Shown here: positions 46,536 through 55,360 of the stretch, piece by piece
Numbering within the stretch: position 1 is the first letter of the stretch
How the letters are laid out: every line of letters starts with the position of its first letter
Assembly: GCA_041660225.1 (NCBI GenBank)
Contig: JBAZWV010000001.1
Location: 62,558-126,557 of the forward strand
DNA from: Patescibacteria group bacterium
Lineage (GTDB): Bacteria > Patescibacteriota > Patescibacteriia > 2-12-FULL-60-25
Direction: 5' to 3'
Length of the DNA stretch: 64,000 nt
Program-made: the position numbers and the translations under genes
Notes under the pieces: model-generated
What the model was told of the DNA's origin: nothing
Seen by the model: only the letters and a program-made list of their open reading frames with translations
Databases searched by the model: none

Positions 46536-48326
46536 ATGGAGCTCCGCAATATCGCGATCATCGCCCACGTCGACCACGGTAAAACCACCTTGGTGGATTC
46601 GCTGTTGAAACAATCCGAAACGTTCAAAGAACGCGGACTTGAAGGCGAAACGATCATGGACTCAAACGAGCTCGAACGCGAGCGCGGAATTACCATTCTC
46701 TCCAAAAACGCGGCTGTGACCTTTGGTGATGTCAAAATCAACATCGTCGACACGCCGGGACACGCCGACTTCGGCGGGGAAGTAGAACGCATCATGAACC
46801 TCGTCGATGGCGCACTCTTGCTCGTCGATGCGAAGGAAGGTCCGATGCCGCAAACGCGCTTCGTCCTCAAAAAGGCGATCGCTGCCGGCCACCGCATCAT
46901 CGTGGTCATCAACAAGATCGATAAACCGGATGCGCGTCCGGAATGGGTGCTTGATCAGACGTTTGATCTCTTCGTGACGCTCGGCGCGTCGGATCGTCAG
47001 ACGGATTTCCCGGTCGTGTACGCTTCGGCGAAACAGGGGAAAGCCGGACTTGGAACGGATCTTTCGCAGATGACGGACATCCGTCCGCTCTTCTTGAAGA
47101 TCGTCGAAGAAATCCCTGCACCGAATTCGGACCCGAACGGCACGCTGCAGGTTTCGGTTGCAAACGTCAGTTACGATAACTACAAAGGAAAGACGGCTGT
47201 CGGCCGCGTGGTTCGTGGAACGCTGAAGCCTGGTCCGGTCGCCTGGATCAACCGTGATGGAAAGACGGCTGCGGCAAAAGTCACGAGCATCATGATTTTT
47301 GAAGGCATGGGCAAGCGCGAAGTGCAGGAAGCTCCGGCCGGTGAAATTGTGGCGTTCGCAGGCATCGACGGCATCAACATCGGTGAAACGATTGCGGATC
47401 CGGCGAACCCAGAAGCGCTCCCCGTCATGAAGATCGAAGAACCGACCGTCAAAATGACCTTCGGCGTAAACACCTCACCATTCAATGGCAAGGAAGGGGA
47501 GTTTACGACCTCACGTAATATCAAGGAACGCCTCGAACGCGAATTGCAAAACGATGTGGCGCTCCGTGTCGAGCCCGGTCTTTCCGGTGAAAGCTTCGTC
47601 GTCAGCGGCCGCGGTGAACTCCACCTCGCAATTTTGATTGAGAAGATGCGCCGTGAAGGTTTCGAAATGCAGGTCTCCCGTCCTCAAGTCATTTTTAAGG
47701 AAGAGGGCGGCAAGAAGCTGGAACCGTTTGAAGAAGTTTCGCTCGAAGCTCCGGAGAACATGTCGGGTACGGTTATTGAAAAACTCTCGAAGCGTAAGGG
47801 TGAACTCAAAGACATGCGCACGGAAAACGGTATCGCGTATCTTGATTTCACAATTCCGACGCGTGGTCTCATCGGATACCGAAACGAATTCATGATGGAC
47901 ACGCGCGGACAGGGAATCATGAACAGCTTGTTCCTTGGCTATCGCGATTACGTCGGCGAACTCGGATCGAGTTCACATGGCTCACTCATCTCGTTTGAGA
48001 CGGGAGAATCGAACAGCTACGGTCTCCAGGCGGCTCAAGAACGTGGCCAGCTGTTCATCGGCGCGGGCGTACCGGTCTATGAAGGTATGGTCATCGGTCA
48101 AAATGCGAAACCGGAAGATCTGATGGTCAACGTGTGTAAAGAAAAGAAGCTCTCGAACATGCGTTCCAAGGGTGATGGCGTTGCCGCAGGTCTCGACACG
48201 CCAAGACTCATGACGCTGGAAGAAGCGCTTGAATTTATCGGCGAAGACGAGCTTGTAGAAGTCACACCGAAAAATATTCGTCTTCGCAAGGTATTCCTCA
48301 AGGAATTCGAGCGAAAGCGCAACTAA
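46536..48326 (+). CDS. typA: translational GTPase TypA/BipA
   Basis: It has AHVDHGKTTL, DTPGHADFGGEV and NKID, and the overall architecture resembles EF-G. Confidence 0.96.
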   Translation: MELRNIAIIAHVDHGKTTLVDSLLKQSETFKERGLEGETIMDSNELERERGITILSKNAAVTFGDVKINIVDTPGHADFGGEVERIMNLVDGALLLVDAKEGPMPQTRFVLKKAIAAGHRIIVVINKIDKPDARPEWVLDQTFDLFVTLGASDRQTDFPVVYASAKQGKAGLGTDLSQMTDIRPLFLKIVEEIPAPNSDPNGTLQVSVANVSYDNYKGKTAVGRVVRGTLKPGPVAWINRDGKTAAAKVTSIMIFEGMGKREVQEAPAGEIVAFAGIDGINIGETIADPANPEALPVMKIEEPTVKMTFGVNTSPFNGKEGEFTTSRNIKERLERELQNDVALRVEPGLSGESFVVSGRGELHLAILIEKMRREGFEMQVSRPQVIFKEEGGKKLEPFEEVSLEAPENMSGTVIEKLSKRKGELKDMRTENGIAYLDFTIPTRGLIGYRNEFMMDTRGQGIMNSLFLGYRDYVGELGSSSHGSLISFETGESNSYGLQAAQERGQLFIGAGVPVYEGMVIGQNAKPEDLMVNVCKEKKLSNMRSKGDGVAAGLDTPRLMTLEEALEFIGEDELVEVTPKNIRLRKVFLKEFERKRN

Positions 48327-48329
48327 GAC

Positions 48330-48360
48330 AAAAAAACGGCCCATCATGGGCCGTTTTTTG
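48330..48360 (+). terminator. rho-independent terminator
   Basis: The sequence aaaaaacggccca-tca-tgggccgtttttt forms the hairpin and T-tract. Confidence 0.85.
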
Positions 48361-48460
48361 TCTAAAATATGCTGTAAAGCAGGCTTGACAAATAGCCTGT
48401 TTTGTGCTATATTGCTGTGTTCGTTGTGAAAACCAGTGCCTAAGCACATCGAGGTATCCA

Positions 48461-48622
48461 ATGGGAAAAATCATCAAAAGCTTCGTGATTCTCGCATTGA
48501 TGGGTGGGTGCTGCTACGGCGCCTGCATTCTCGCCAAGAAGGTTTGGGACTACGGCCTTGCGCAAGCGGGACGTGACCTGAACGCCAGCATGGATCGACT
48601 CAACGCAACGTTCGAACGCTAA
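48461..48622 (+). CDS. small hydrophobic peptide (53 aa)
   Basis: ATG at 48461 follows GAGGT. One TM helix (FVILALMGGCCYGACILA) is present. Confidence 0.4.
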   Translation: MGKIIKSFVILALMGGCCYGACILAKKVWDYGLAQAGRDLNASMDRLNATFER

Positions 48623-48640
48623 CCCGCTCATTAGGAACAT

Positions 48641-48781
48641 ATGAATAACATTCTGTCACAGCTCAAGGCAAACAGTGCCGACATCGCCATGACGTTCATC
48701 ACCTTCGGAGAGCTCATTCTCTTTATCGGCTGCTCGGTCGCTGCCCTGAAGTTCATGATGATCATCGACGCCGTTCTCTAA
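48641..48781 (+). CDS. small hydrophobic peptide (46 aa)
   Basis: This ORF is not in the track (under 60 aa). ATG at 48641 follows AGGA. The product is MNNILSQLKANSADIAMTFITFGELILFIGCSVAALKFMMIIDAVL*. Confidence 0.35.
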   Translation: MNNILSQLKANSADIAMTFITFGELILFIGCSVAALKFMMIIDAVL

Positions 48782-48806
48782 CCGTTCCGGTCTCACGGAA
48801 CGCCGA

Positions 48807-48840
48807 CCCCTACATCTATACGGTGTAGGGGTTTCGCTTT
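48807..48840 (+). terminator. probable terminator hairpin
   Basis: Stem cccctaca (48807-48814) pairs with tgtagggg (48824-48831), followed by tttcgcttt. A second hairpin, cgttccg/cggaacg, lies at 48783-48802. Confidence 0.5.
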
Positions 48841-48905
48841 ACCCCGACCCTTGCAAAAACGAGAGTTTTCGCGTAACGTCCCACCAGGTCACGGAAGGAG
48901 GAGGG

Positions 48906-49439
48906 ATGAACGAACCGTACCGACAGCGTTCTTTACACACGGATGAAAAAGAAAATCTTTGGAAGGAGTTGAAGCGCGTCCGTCGTTTGCAAGCCAAAGC
49001 GGTCAACGCTTCCTACAGATGGAAACGTCAGGCGATGAAGGCCGAACCCTATCGGCGAACCGTTCTGCTGATGAGCAAAGTGCTGATCATTTCCGGTTTC
49101 GTCATCGGCGGCGGCTTCGCTGTCAATCAGCTCCCCGCATCAACGGCCGCGGATCCTGCCGCTTCGCAAGGAGGGGCGCCGGATTACTCGGACGCTTCGG
49201 CGGCCGCAAACATGGATCTGATCTGGATCGATCTTCTCGACGAGCCACATACCAACGAAATGATGTGTCGAAACGTCACATCGTTCACGCTTCCGATGCG
49301 GCCGGATGAAGATCCATCGCTTCGCCAGCTCCAGTGTCTCAAGAGCGAGGGTCGTATCGTCTACTGGCCGACGAGCCCGCCACAGCTCCCATGGAGAAGT
49401 ACGCCTCTCCACATTCACGCCTGCTTCATCTCACGATGA
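48906..49439 (+). CDS. hypothetical single-pass membrane protein
   Basis: A GGAGGAGGG RBS precedes ATG 48906. It has a basic N-terminus, a TM helix (VLIISGFVIGGGFAV) and a C-terminal domain with several Cys. Confidence 0.5.
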   Translation: MNEPYRQRSLHTDEKENLWKELKRVRRLQAKAVNASYRWKRQAMKAEPYRRTVLLMSKVLIISGFVIGGGFAVNQLPASTAADPAASQGGAPDYSDASAAANMDLIWIDLLDEPHTNEMMCRNVTSFTLPMRPDEDPSLRQLQCLKSEGRIVYWPTSPPQLPWRSTPLHIHACFISR

Positions 49440-49475
49440 CGGCAGGCGTTTTTTATATATAGAAAAAACCCGCAT

Positions 49476-50129
49476 TCACTTAGAACGCGGGTCATGCGAG
49501 TCATCCGCCATCGAAGGTATGGCAGGTTCGGAACGGGTGATACGAATGGTTGTGGAGGACCCAGACCGTTTCATCGGGGAGGGAACACGTGGGGGAACTG
49601 TCTTCGCGACGCGCAGTCGTTGCGCTCGAGCGAGGAGCTCCTCGCTGTCGAAACCGCCCAGCTGTTCCGGAACGATGAGAAAGTCCATCACAGGCTTATC
49701 CGCTTCGTCCGGCGCGGTTTTATCCGCCCGCCAGATTGCGGGAAATGAACGGTAGTCCGTCCAGTAGTATCCGAGGCGACTGAGGACGGTATCGAGACCA
49801 CTTTCCATTTCGCGGGCGAAGACGATCCAGGTCGTGTTCGCGAGCAGCGTCGGCATCTCGGCTTCGATTTTTCGTCGGAGCTTGAGCACCATGGGCGGAA
49901 ACGGAATCGTCTCGAGAAACGCAACGATGATCTCGGGTCGGTCCGCTCGTTCGAGGATGGCATGCTGAGGGATATCCTCGAGGCACGCTTCCGGCGATTC
50001 GTACGGTCCGAGTTGATATTGGTGCTTGAGCTCTCCTCCGCACAACGTTTCGAGTGCGTGCTTGCAAAACACGGGGATCTCTTGCGATGAGGGGGAAAGC
50101 GGGAAAAGAACGATCCGCGGGTTTTGCAT
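49476..50129 (-). CDS. hypothetical protein
   Basis: It is a 217-aa ORF with an ATG start and protein-like composition. I recognise no family. Confidence 0.5.
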   Translation of the reverse strand: MQNPRIVLFPLSPSSQEIPVFCKHALETLCGGELKHQYQLGPYESPEACLEDIPQHAILERADRPEIIVAFLETIPFPPMVLKLRRKIEAEMPTLLANTTWIVFAREMESGLDTVLSRLGYYWTDYRSFPAIWRADKTAPDEADKPVMDFLIVPEQLGGFDSEELLARAQRLRVAKTVPPRVPSPMKRSGSSTTIRITRSEPAIPSMADDSHDPRSK

Positions 50130-50248
50130 GCGTTATCCTTTCTTCTAACAGGCCGATTCAATCATATTCTCGCGATATTTGCAAGGGTCGCCCTGTCCAC
50201 TCGCATGATCTTTTCGTGCGTGATACATTCGTTCGACCATTCTTTTCT

Positions 50249-50830
50249 ATGCGCCGCGAAGTCGTTCTCGATATCGAGACTCAAAATACATTTCAAGACG
50301 TCGGCGCCTATAACGCCGCGCTTCTCGATATCTCGCTCATCGGCTGTTATTTTTATGAAACGGATACATACGAAACATTTTTAGAAGAAGATCTCCCCAA
50401 ACTCTGGCCACGACTCGAACGAGCGGATCGGATCATCGGCTACAATTTGTTCGGGTTCGATTATCCCTGCATGCAGGAATACTATGCGGGTGATTTGATG
50501 AAATTTCCGACGGTGGATTTGTTGCGTGAAATCGAGAAGCGTATCGGCTTCCGCGTGAAGCTCGATGATGTTGCCCAGGCAACCCTCGGGGTAGGGAAGA
50601 GCGGTCACGGACTTCAGGCCGTGGAATTTTGGCGCAAAGGGGAGATTCAGAAGCTCAAAGACTATTGTTTGCAGGACGTAAAAATAACGCGTGATGTTTA
50701 CGAGCATGCCCTCGAAAAACAAAATGTCTGCTTCTTTGACCGGATGGGACAAAAACAAACCGTTCCAATGCCCATTGTCCCGCCCGAACCGGAAGCCAAA
50801 CCAACAATAAACCTCTCCCTCGGTCTGTAG
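50249..50830 (+). CDS. RNase H-like / DEDD 3'-5' exonuclease domain protein (YprB-like)
   Basis: It has VLDIETQ (ExoI), GYNLFGFDYP (ExoII) and YCLQDVKITRDVY (ExoIII with Y-x3-D). The chosen start is ATG at 50249. Confidence 0.75.
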   Translation: MRREVVLDIETQNTFQDVGAYNAALLDISLIGCYFYETDTYETFLEEDLPKLWPRLERADRIIGYNLFGFDYPCMQEYYAGDLMKFPTVDLLREIEKRIGFRVKLDDVAQATLGVGKSGHGLQAVEFWRKGEIQKLKDYCLQDVKITRDVYEHALEKQNVCFFDRMGQKQTVPMPIVPPEPEAKPTINLSLGL

Positions 50831-50881
50831 CTCAAAAAAGTATCCACAGCCTTAAAAATCCAATAAAACCTGATCGCGCGA

Positions 50882-50929
50882 CCACTACATCTTGTGGTAT
50901 AATCCTCTGGCGACCACAAGATATAGTGG
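50882..50929 (+). promoter_or_regulatory. tandem NrdR boxes overlapping an extended -10 promoter of the nrd operon
   Basis: Box 1 is CCACTACATCTTGTGG (50882-50897). Box 2 is CCACAAGATATAGTGG (50914-50929). The boxes are 32 bp apart start to start. TGgTATAAT lies at 50895-50903. The flanks form a 13-bp inverted repeat, atcgcgcgaccac (50873-50885) with gtggtcgcgcgat (50926-50938). Confidence 0.7.
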
Positions 50930-51095
50930 TCGCGCGATTTCCAGGCCCATTTTCAAAAATCCTCTGTTCGGACACCAAAAGATGCCAAATGGAGGCAAAA
51001 AATGAATCCGTCACACGCACCTTGATGAGGAAACTCGTCGGGAGACGGACAAACTGGAACCGTGCGATTCTACAAACCTCAACAAACTCAGCTTT

Positions 51096-52889
51096 ATGAA
51101 AAAGCCGGTTGTTTCGAATTCGAATGTGGCAGAAACCGTCTGGTCGTATGTCACATCGGTCAAAACGATCCGCCGTAGCGACGGCAGAATCGAGGATTTT
51201 GATGCTGCCATTTTGGAAAAATCCGTTCGTGATGCCTTTGTTGCGACAGGACTCAATTCCGAACGCGAACATTCGCGCATCCAGGGCGTTGTTCAAGACA
51301 CCATCCACCGACTGACACAGGCATTTGATGGCCACACCGTTCCCGAAACGCAAGATGTAAAAGAGCTTGTCGGCGCGTCGCTTATAGACGGCGATCTGCT
51401 CGAAGTGGCGAAGTCCTACCTGACGAACGATATGGGACCCAAAAACACCCCCGCCATCCAGCTGCAGAGTGTCCCGACAGCGAAGCCCGCTTCTCGGCCT
51501 GTTATCGCACGCCGACGTCGCTTGTCGGATGAACGTCAATCGATCACGCACAAATTCGAAATCGGATCACACACGGGATACATCACCGTGGGTCTGTACG
51601 AGGATGGAAAGCCGGGAGAAATCTTCGTCACGATGAGCAAGGAGGGGAGCACGCTCGCCGGACTCTTGGACGCGCTCGCAACCTCCGTATCGATCGGTCT
51701 CCAATATGGCGTTCCGCTCAAGACGCTTGTCAGCAAATTTTCACACGTTCGCTTTGAACCGTCTGGTTTCACGCAGAACCCGAACATCCGCGTTGCAAAG
51801 TCGGTGGTTGATTATATTTTCCGCTGGCTCGGAACGAAGTTTCCCGACACGGAACTTGATCTCCATCCGATTGAAGAAACAGAAAGCGAAGCGGCGATCG
51901 ATACGCAGGCGGAGGAACGTCGCAGTCCGATGGTCGGAAGCTGTCCGATGCTTACGCCTCGCAAAGTCTACAAACCATTCGAGTATCCGCAGTACTTCGA
52001 TTATTTCATGAAGCAAAACCAGGCGCACTGGATGCCGACGGAAATTCCGATGGAAAGCGATATCATCGACTACAAGAACAATCTCTCACCGGCAGAAATC
52101 AGCCTCGTCATCAACATCTTGCGTTTCTTTACGCAGGGCGACATCGAAGTCAACAACAACTACAACAGCCGTCTCATTCCGACGTTCCCGAAACCGGAAA
52201 TCAAGATGATGCTGTCGGCGTTCGCGGCCATGGAAAGCACACACGTGTGGGCGTATTCCTACTTGAACGACTCGCTCGGCCTTCCGGAAAAAGAATATTC
52301 TGCATTCCTCGATTACGAATCCATGCGCAAGAAGTACGAGTACATTCAATCGTTTGATGTACGCACGGTTGAGGATCTCGCCGTGAACCTCGCCGTCTTC
52401 GGTGGATTCATGGAGGGTGTCAGTCTCTTTTCATCATTCGCGATTCTGATGAACTTTCCGCGTCTCGGAAAACTGAAAGGACTCGGACAGGTTGTCACAT
52501 GGAGCATCCGCGATGAAACGCTGCACTCCAAGGGCGTCTGTCAGCTCTTCCGCGACCTCGTGAGTGAGAACAAGCACATCTGGACCACCGATCTTCAAGA
52601 AACGCTCTACAGCGCGTGTCGCGACATGGTGAACCTCGAAGATGCGTTCATCGACACCTGTTTCAGCCTCGGGGAAGTTCCAGGACTCAAACCAGACCAG
52701 GTCAAACAATATATTCGCTACATTGCTGATCGTCGTCTGAACGATCTTGGTCTTGATGCGATCTACAACGTTTCAAACCCGCTGGGTTGGCTCGACGTGA
52801 TGGTTAACGCCAAGGAGCACACAAACTTTTTCGAAAATCGCGCGACGGAATACTCCAAAGGTTCTGTGATCGACGATTGGGGCGCCTAA
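51096..52889 (+). CDS. nrdB: ribonucleotide reductase beta subunit (R2) with N-terminal ATP-cone and an inserted NrdJ-C-terminus-like segment
   Basis: The ATP-cone is aa ~20-110 (VKTIRRSDGRIEDFD...). An NrdJ-like block spans aa ~138-246 (RRRRLSDERQSITHKFEIGSHTGYITVGLYEDGKPGEIFVTMSKEGSTLAGLLDALATSVSIGLQYGVPL...RFEPSGFT...DYIFRWLG). The R2 ferritin-like domain spans aa ~288-597, with E-x-x-H twice (ESTHVWAY, RDETLHS) and Tyr at the radical position. Confidence 0.88.
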   Translation: MKKPVVSNSNVAETVWSYVTSVKTIRRSDGRIEDFDAAILEKSVRDAFVATGLNSEREHSRIQGVVQDTIHRLTQAFDGHTVPETQDVKELVGASLIDGDLLEVAKSYLTNDMGPKNTPAIQLQSVPTAKPASRPVIARRRRLSDERQSITHKFEIGSHTGYITVGLYEDGKPGEIFVTMSKEGSTLAGLLDALATSVSIGLQYGVPLKTLVSKFSHVRFEPSGFTQNPNIRVAKSVVDYIFRWLGTKFPDTELDLHPIEETESEAAIDTQAEERRSPMVGSCPMLTPRKVYKPFEYPQYFDYFMKQNQAHWMPTEIPMESDIIDYKNNLSPAEISLVINILRFFTQGDIEVNNNYNSRLIPTFPKPEIKMMLSAFAAMESTHVWAYSYLNDSLGLPEKEYSAFLDYESMRKKYEYIQSFDVRTVEDLAVNLAVFGGFMEGVSLFSSFAILMNFPRLGKLKGLGQVVTWSIRDETLHSKGVCQLFRDLVSENKHIWTTDLQETLYSACRDMVNLEDAFIDTCFSLGEVPGLKPDQVKQYIRYIADRRLNDLGLDAIYNVSNPLGWLDVMVNAKEHTNFFENRATEYSKGSVIDDWGA

Positions 52890-52912
52890 ATCAAAAATAA
52901 AAACGCACATCT

Positions 52913-54823
52913 ATGTCTTCCGTCTATAAAACCGTCGTTGACGCCCTGTCCGCCAATGACCTCGCCGCCGCGCGTGATCTTCTCCTTGAGGATATTCTGG
53001 TCAAAACAGCCGGCAAAAATAGCTGGGACTGTCCGCATTACACCGCAGACCGTGCCGTGCAGGAATCTATCGACCTCGAAGCCGTGACGCACGCTCCGCT
53101 CTCGTTTTTCGGCCTCGAAAATTTGCGCGACCGTTATTTCATTCGCGATGCGAACGGGGAGATTTGTGAAAGCCCGAAAACATTTTACGCTCGGGTGGCG
53201 ACGGGCATGGCTCGTGGCGACAAGGCGCACGCCCAGGAGCTCTACAACCTGATGGTTCAGCAGTGGTTCGTGCCTGCAACACCGACACTCATGAATATCG
53301 GAACGAGCAAGGGTTTGCCGATCTCGTGCTTCCTCAACACCGTTCCGGACACGCTCGAAGGAATTTTTGATCTCTATCGCGAAAATGCATTCCTCTCGAA
53401 ATACGGTGGAGGCATTGGCACGGACTGGTCGCAATTGCGTGGACAAAACGCACCGCTCAAAGCGAGCGGACTCCGATCCTCCGGCGTCATTCCGTTTCTC
53501 AAAATCATGGACTCGGAAACGATCGCCGTATCGCGCAATTCAACGCGTCGTGGGGCTGCGGCTGCGTATCTTCGTATCGATCATCCGGATATCGAAGAAT
53601 TTCTTGAAATGCGCAAACCGACGGGAGGCGACATGGATCGCAAGTGCCTCAACCTGAACAACGGCGTTACGATCACGGATGAATTTATGAAGGCCGTCGA
53701 AGAGAACCGAACGTATCAGCTTATCGATCCGCATTACAAAACGGTGACCAAGGAACTTTCGGCTGTCGACATGTGGCGCAAACTTCTCAAGATGCGCGCC
53801 GAGACAGGGGAGCCGTACTTCCTCTTTATCGACACCGTGAACCGCGCCATTCCGCCGCACCACAAAGCGAAGGGTCTTACGGTTCGTCAGAGCAATTTGT
53901 GCACCGAAATCGTGCTGCCGACCGACGCCGAACGAACTGCCGTGTGCTGCCTCGGCAGCCTCAACCTCGAGCGCTACGACGAATGGAAGCATCAGATTCC
54001 GGAGATCTCCTATGCGTGCGTCAAAGCGCTCGATAACAACCTCGAAACTTTCATTGAGATGGCGGATCCGGTTGAGTTCAAAAAAGCCATCAATTCGGTC
54101 AAACACGAACGCTCGATCGGTTTCGGCGTGATGGGATACCACGGCTATTTGATGTCGAAAGGCATTCCGTTTGAGAGCCTGCAGGCGCGCCTCGTGAACA
54201 AAGATATCTTCAAACACTTCCATGAGAGCTCCGTTGCGGCGTCAGAACGTCTTGGTCGCGAACGTGGTCTTCCGCTGGACGGAGGAACGCAACGGAACTC
54301 CTATATCAACTCGATCCAACCGACGGCTTCAACGGCCTTTATCTGCGGCGAAGCGACGCCTTCGATCGAACCTTCCGCGGGGAACGCGTATCTCCAAAAG
54401 ACCTTAAGCGGCAGTTTTCTCGTGAAGAACAAATATTTGGAAAAGCTGTTGGATGAAAAGGGGATCAACTCCATGGAAATCTGGAAGAGTGTTATCGCGG
54501 CAAAGGGGAGCGTGCAACACTTGGAGGATCTGACCGAAGATGAAAAGAAAGTATTCCGCACCGCCTACGAAATGAACATGCGCGAAATTGTGCAACAGGC
54601 CGCGGATCGTCAGCCGTTCATCTGTCAGGCGCAGTCACTCAATATTTTCTTCACAACGCCGGTGAGCGGGAAGTATCTCCACGAGGTTCATATGCTCGCA
54701 TGGAAGCTTGGCGTGAAGTCGCTCTACTATCTCCGCTCCAGCGCCCCGATTCATGCGGATTCGATCGATATGAAGTCGCTCAAGCGTGACGTTGCGAACG
54801 AGGAGTGCGCGGTTTGCCAATAA
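52913..54823 (+). CDS. nrdA: class I ribonucleoside-diphosphate reductase alpha subunit (no ATP-cone)
   Basis: It has PATPTLMN, ISCFL, SNLCTEIVLP, CCLGSLNL and a C-terminal YYLRS. There is no VxKRDG-type cone at the N-terminus. Confidence 0.93.
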   Translation: MSSVYKTVVDALSANDLAAARDLLLEDILVKTAGKNSWDCPHYTADRAVQESIDLEAVTHAPLSFFGLENLRDRYFIRDANGEICESPKTFYARVATGMARGDKAHAQELYNLMVQQWFVPATPTLMNIGTSKGLPISCFLNTVPDTLEGIFDLYRENAFLSKYGGGIGTDWSQLRGQNAPLKASGLRSSGVIPFLKIMDSETIAVSRNSTRRGAAAAYLRIDHPDIEEFLEMRKPTGGDMDRKCLNLNNGVTITDEFMKAVEENRTYQLIDPHYKTVTKELSAVDMWRKLLKMRAETGEPYFLFIDTVNRAIPPHHKAKGLTVRQSNLCTEIVLPTDAERTAVCCLGSLNLERYDEWKHQIPEISYACVKALDNNLETFIEMADPVEFKKAINSVKHERSIGFGVMGYHGYLMSKGIPFESLQARLVNKDIFKHFHESSVAASERLGRERGLPLDGGTQRNSYINSIQPTASTAFICGEATPSIEPSAGNAYLQKTLSGSFLVKNKYLEKLLDEKGINSMEIWKSVIAAKGSVQHLEDLTEDEKKVFRTAYEMNMREIVQQAADRQPFICQAQSLNIFFTTPVSGKYLHEVHMLAWKLGVKSLYYLRSSAPIHADSIDMKSLKRDVANEECAVCQ

Positions 54824-54830
54824 AGAAAAA

Positions 54831-54880
54831 GCCTCTCAACGAGTGAGAGGCGAGGGGAGCGGACACGTGTCCGCTCTTTG
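54831..54880. terminator. double hairpin terminator between convergent genes
   Basis: The first hairpin is gcctctca/tgagaggc (54831-54851). The second is the palindrome gagcggacac|gtgtccgctc (54857-54876). T-runs follow on both strands. Confidence 0.7.
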
Positions 54881-54883
54881 CGT

Positions 54884-55252
54884 TCAGAGATCGCTCATGG
54901 GCTTCATCTCACGCGAGAGAAGCGTGAGCAGGAATCCGCGGCGAGCGCGGTCATGAACTTCGACGGAGTAGGTGACTCCTGCAACTTCGAAGCGGTATAT
55001 TCCGCGCTTGCTGCGAAACGTCTTCGCAACGACGACACGGATGTCATCCGGCAGAGCATGGAGCGATACGAGCTCCTGATATCCGGTCTCGCGATTCTGC
55101 TCGCTCGCGAAGCTCATAAGCTTCTGCTGGACGAACATCGAGGCGACGTCGGAAAGCGTGAGGGATGTCACCTCGACACCTCTGAGATCGTCGTCTCCCT
55201 GGGGATGGACAGAATCTGGGGCAAGACGCCCCGTCGTTGGCTGCGTCATCAT
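54884..55252 (-). CDS. hypothetical protein (122 aa)
   Basis: ATG at 55252 has GGAG 9 nt upstream. A terminator lies downstream on the minus strand. I prefer it over the overlapping + strand ORF 54878-55273. Confidence 0.5.
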   Translation of the reverse strand: MMTQPTTGRLAPDSVHPQGDDDLRGVEVTSLTLSDVASMFVQQKLMSFASEQNRETGYQELVSLHALPDDIRVVVAKTFRSKRGIYRFEVAGVTYSVEVHDRARRGFLLTLLSREMKPMSDL

Positions 55253-55360
55253 CTGACCCGCTCCTGTCTGTGACGGTTATGGTTATGCCGAAAGGGCGTG
55301 TGGCGCGAGAATATCATCTTTGCTCCAAATGTCAAGTGCTGGCGTGATACACTGGGAGCG

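Noticed and set aside
50905-51095. Riboswitch (e.g. cobalamin) in the ~190-nt nrd leader
   Set aside because: I could not see a B12-box-like element or another recognisable riboswitch core. The NrdR boxes already provide a regulatory explanation. An Rfam scan would be needed to exclude a riboswitch fully.
54878-55273. + strand 131-aa ORF
   Set aside because: It overlaps the minus-strand ORF 54884-55252. The minus-strand ORF has an ATG with a GGAG RBS and a proper downstream terminator. The + ORF would start inside the nrdA terminator hairpin.
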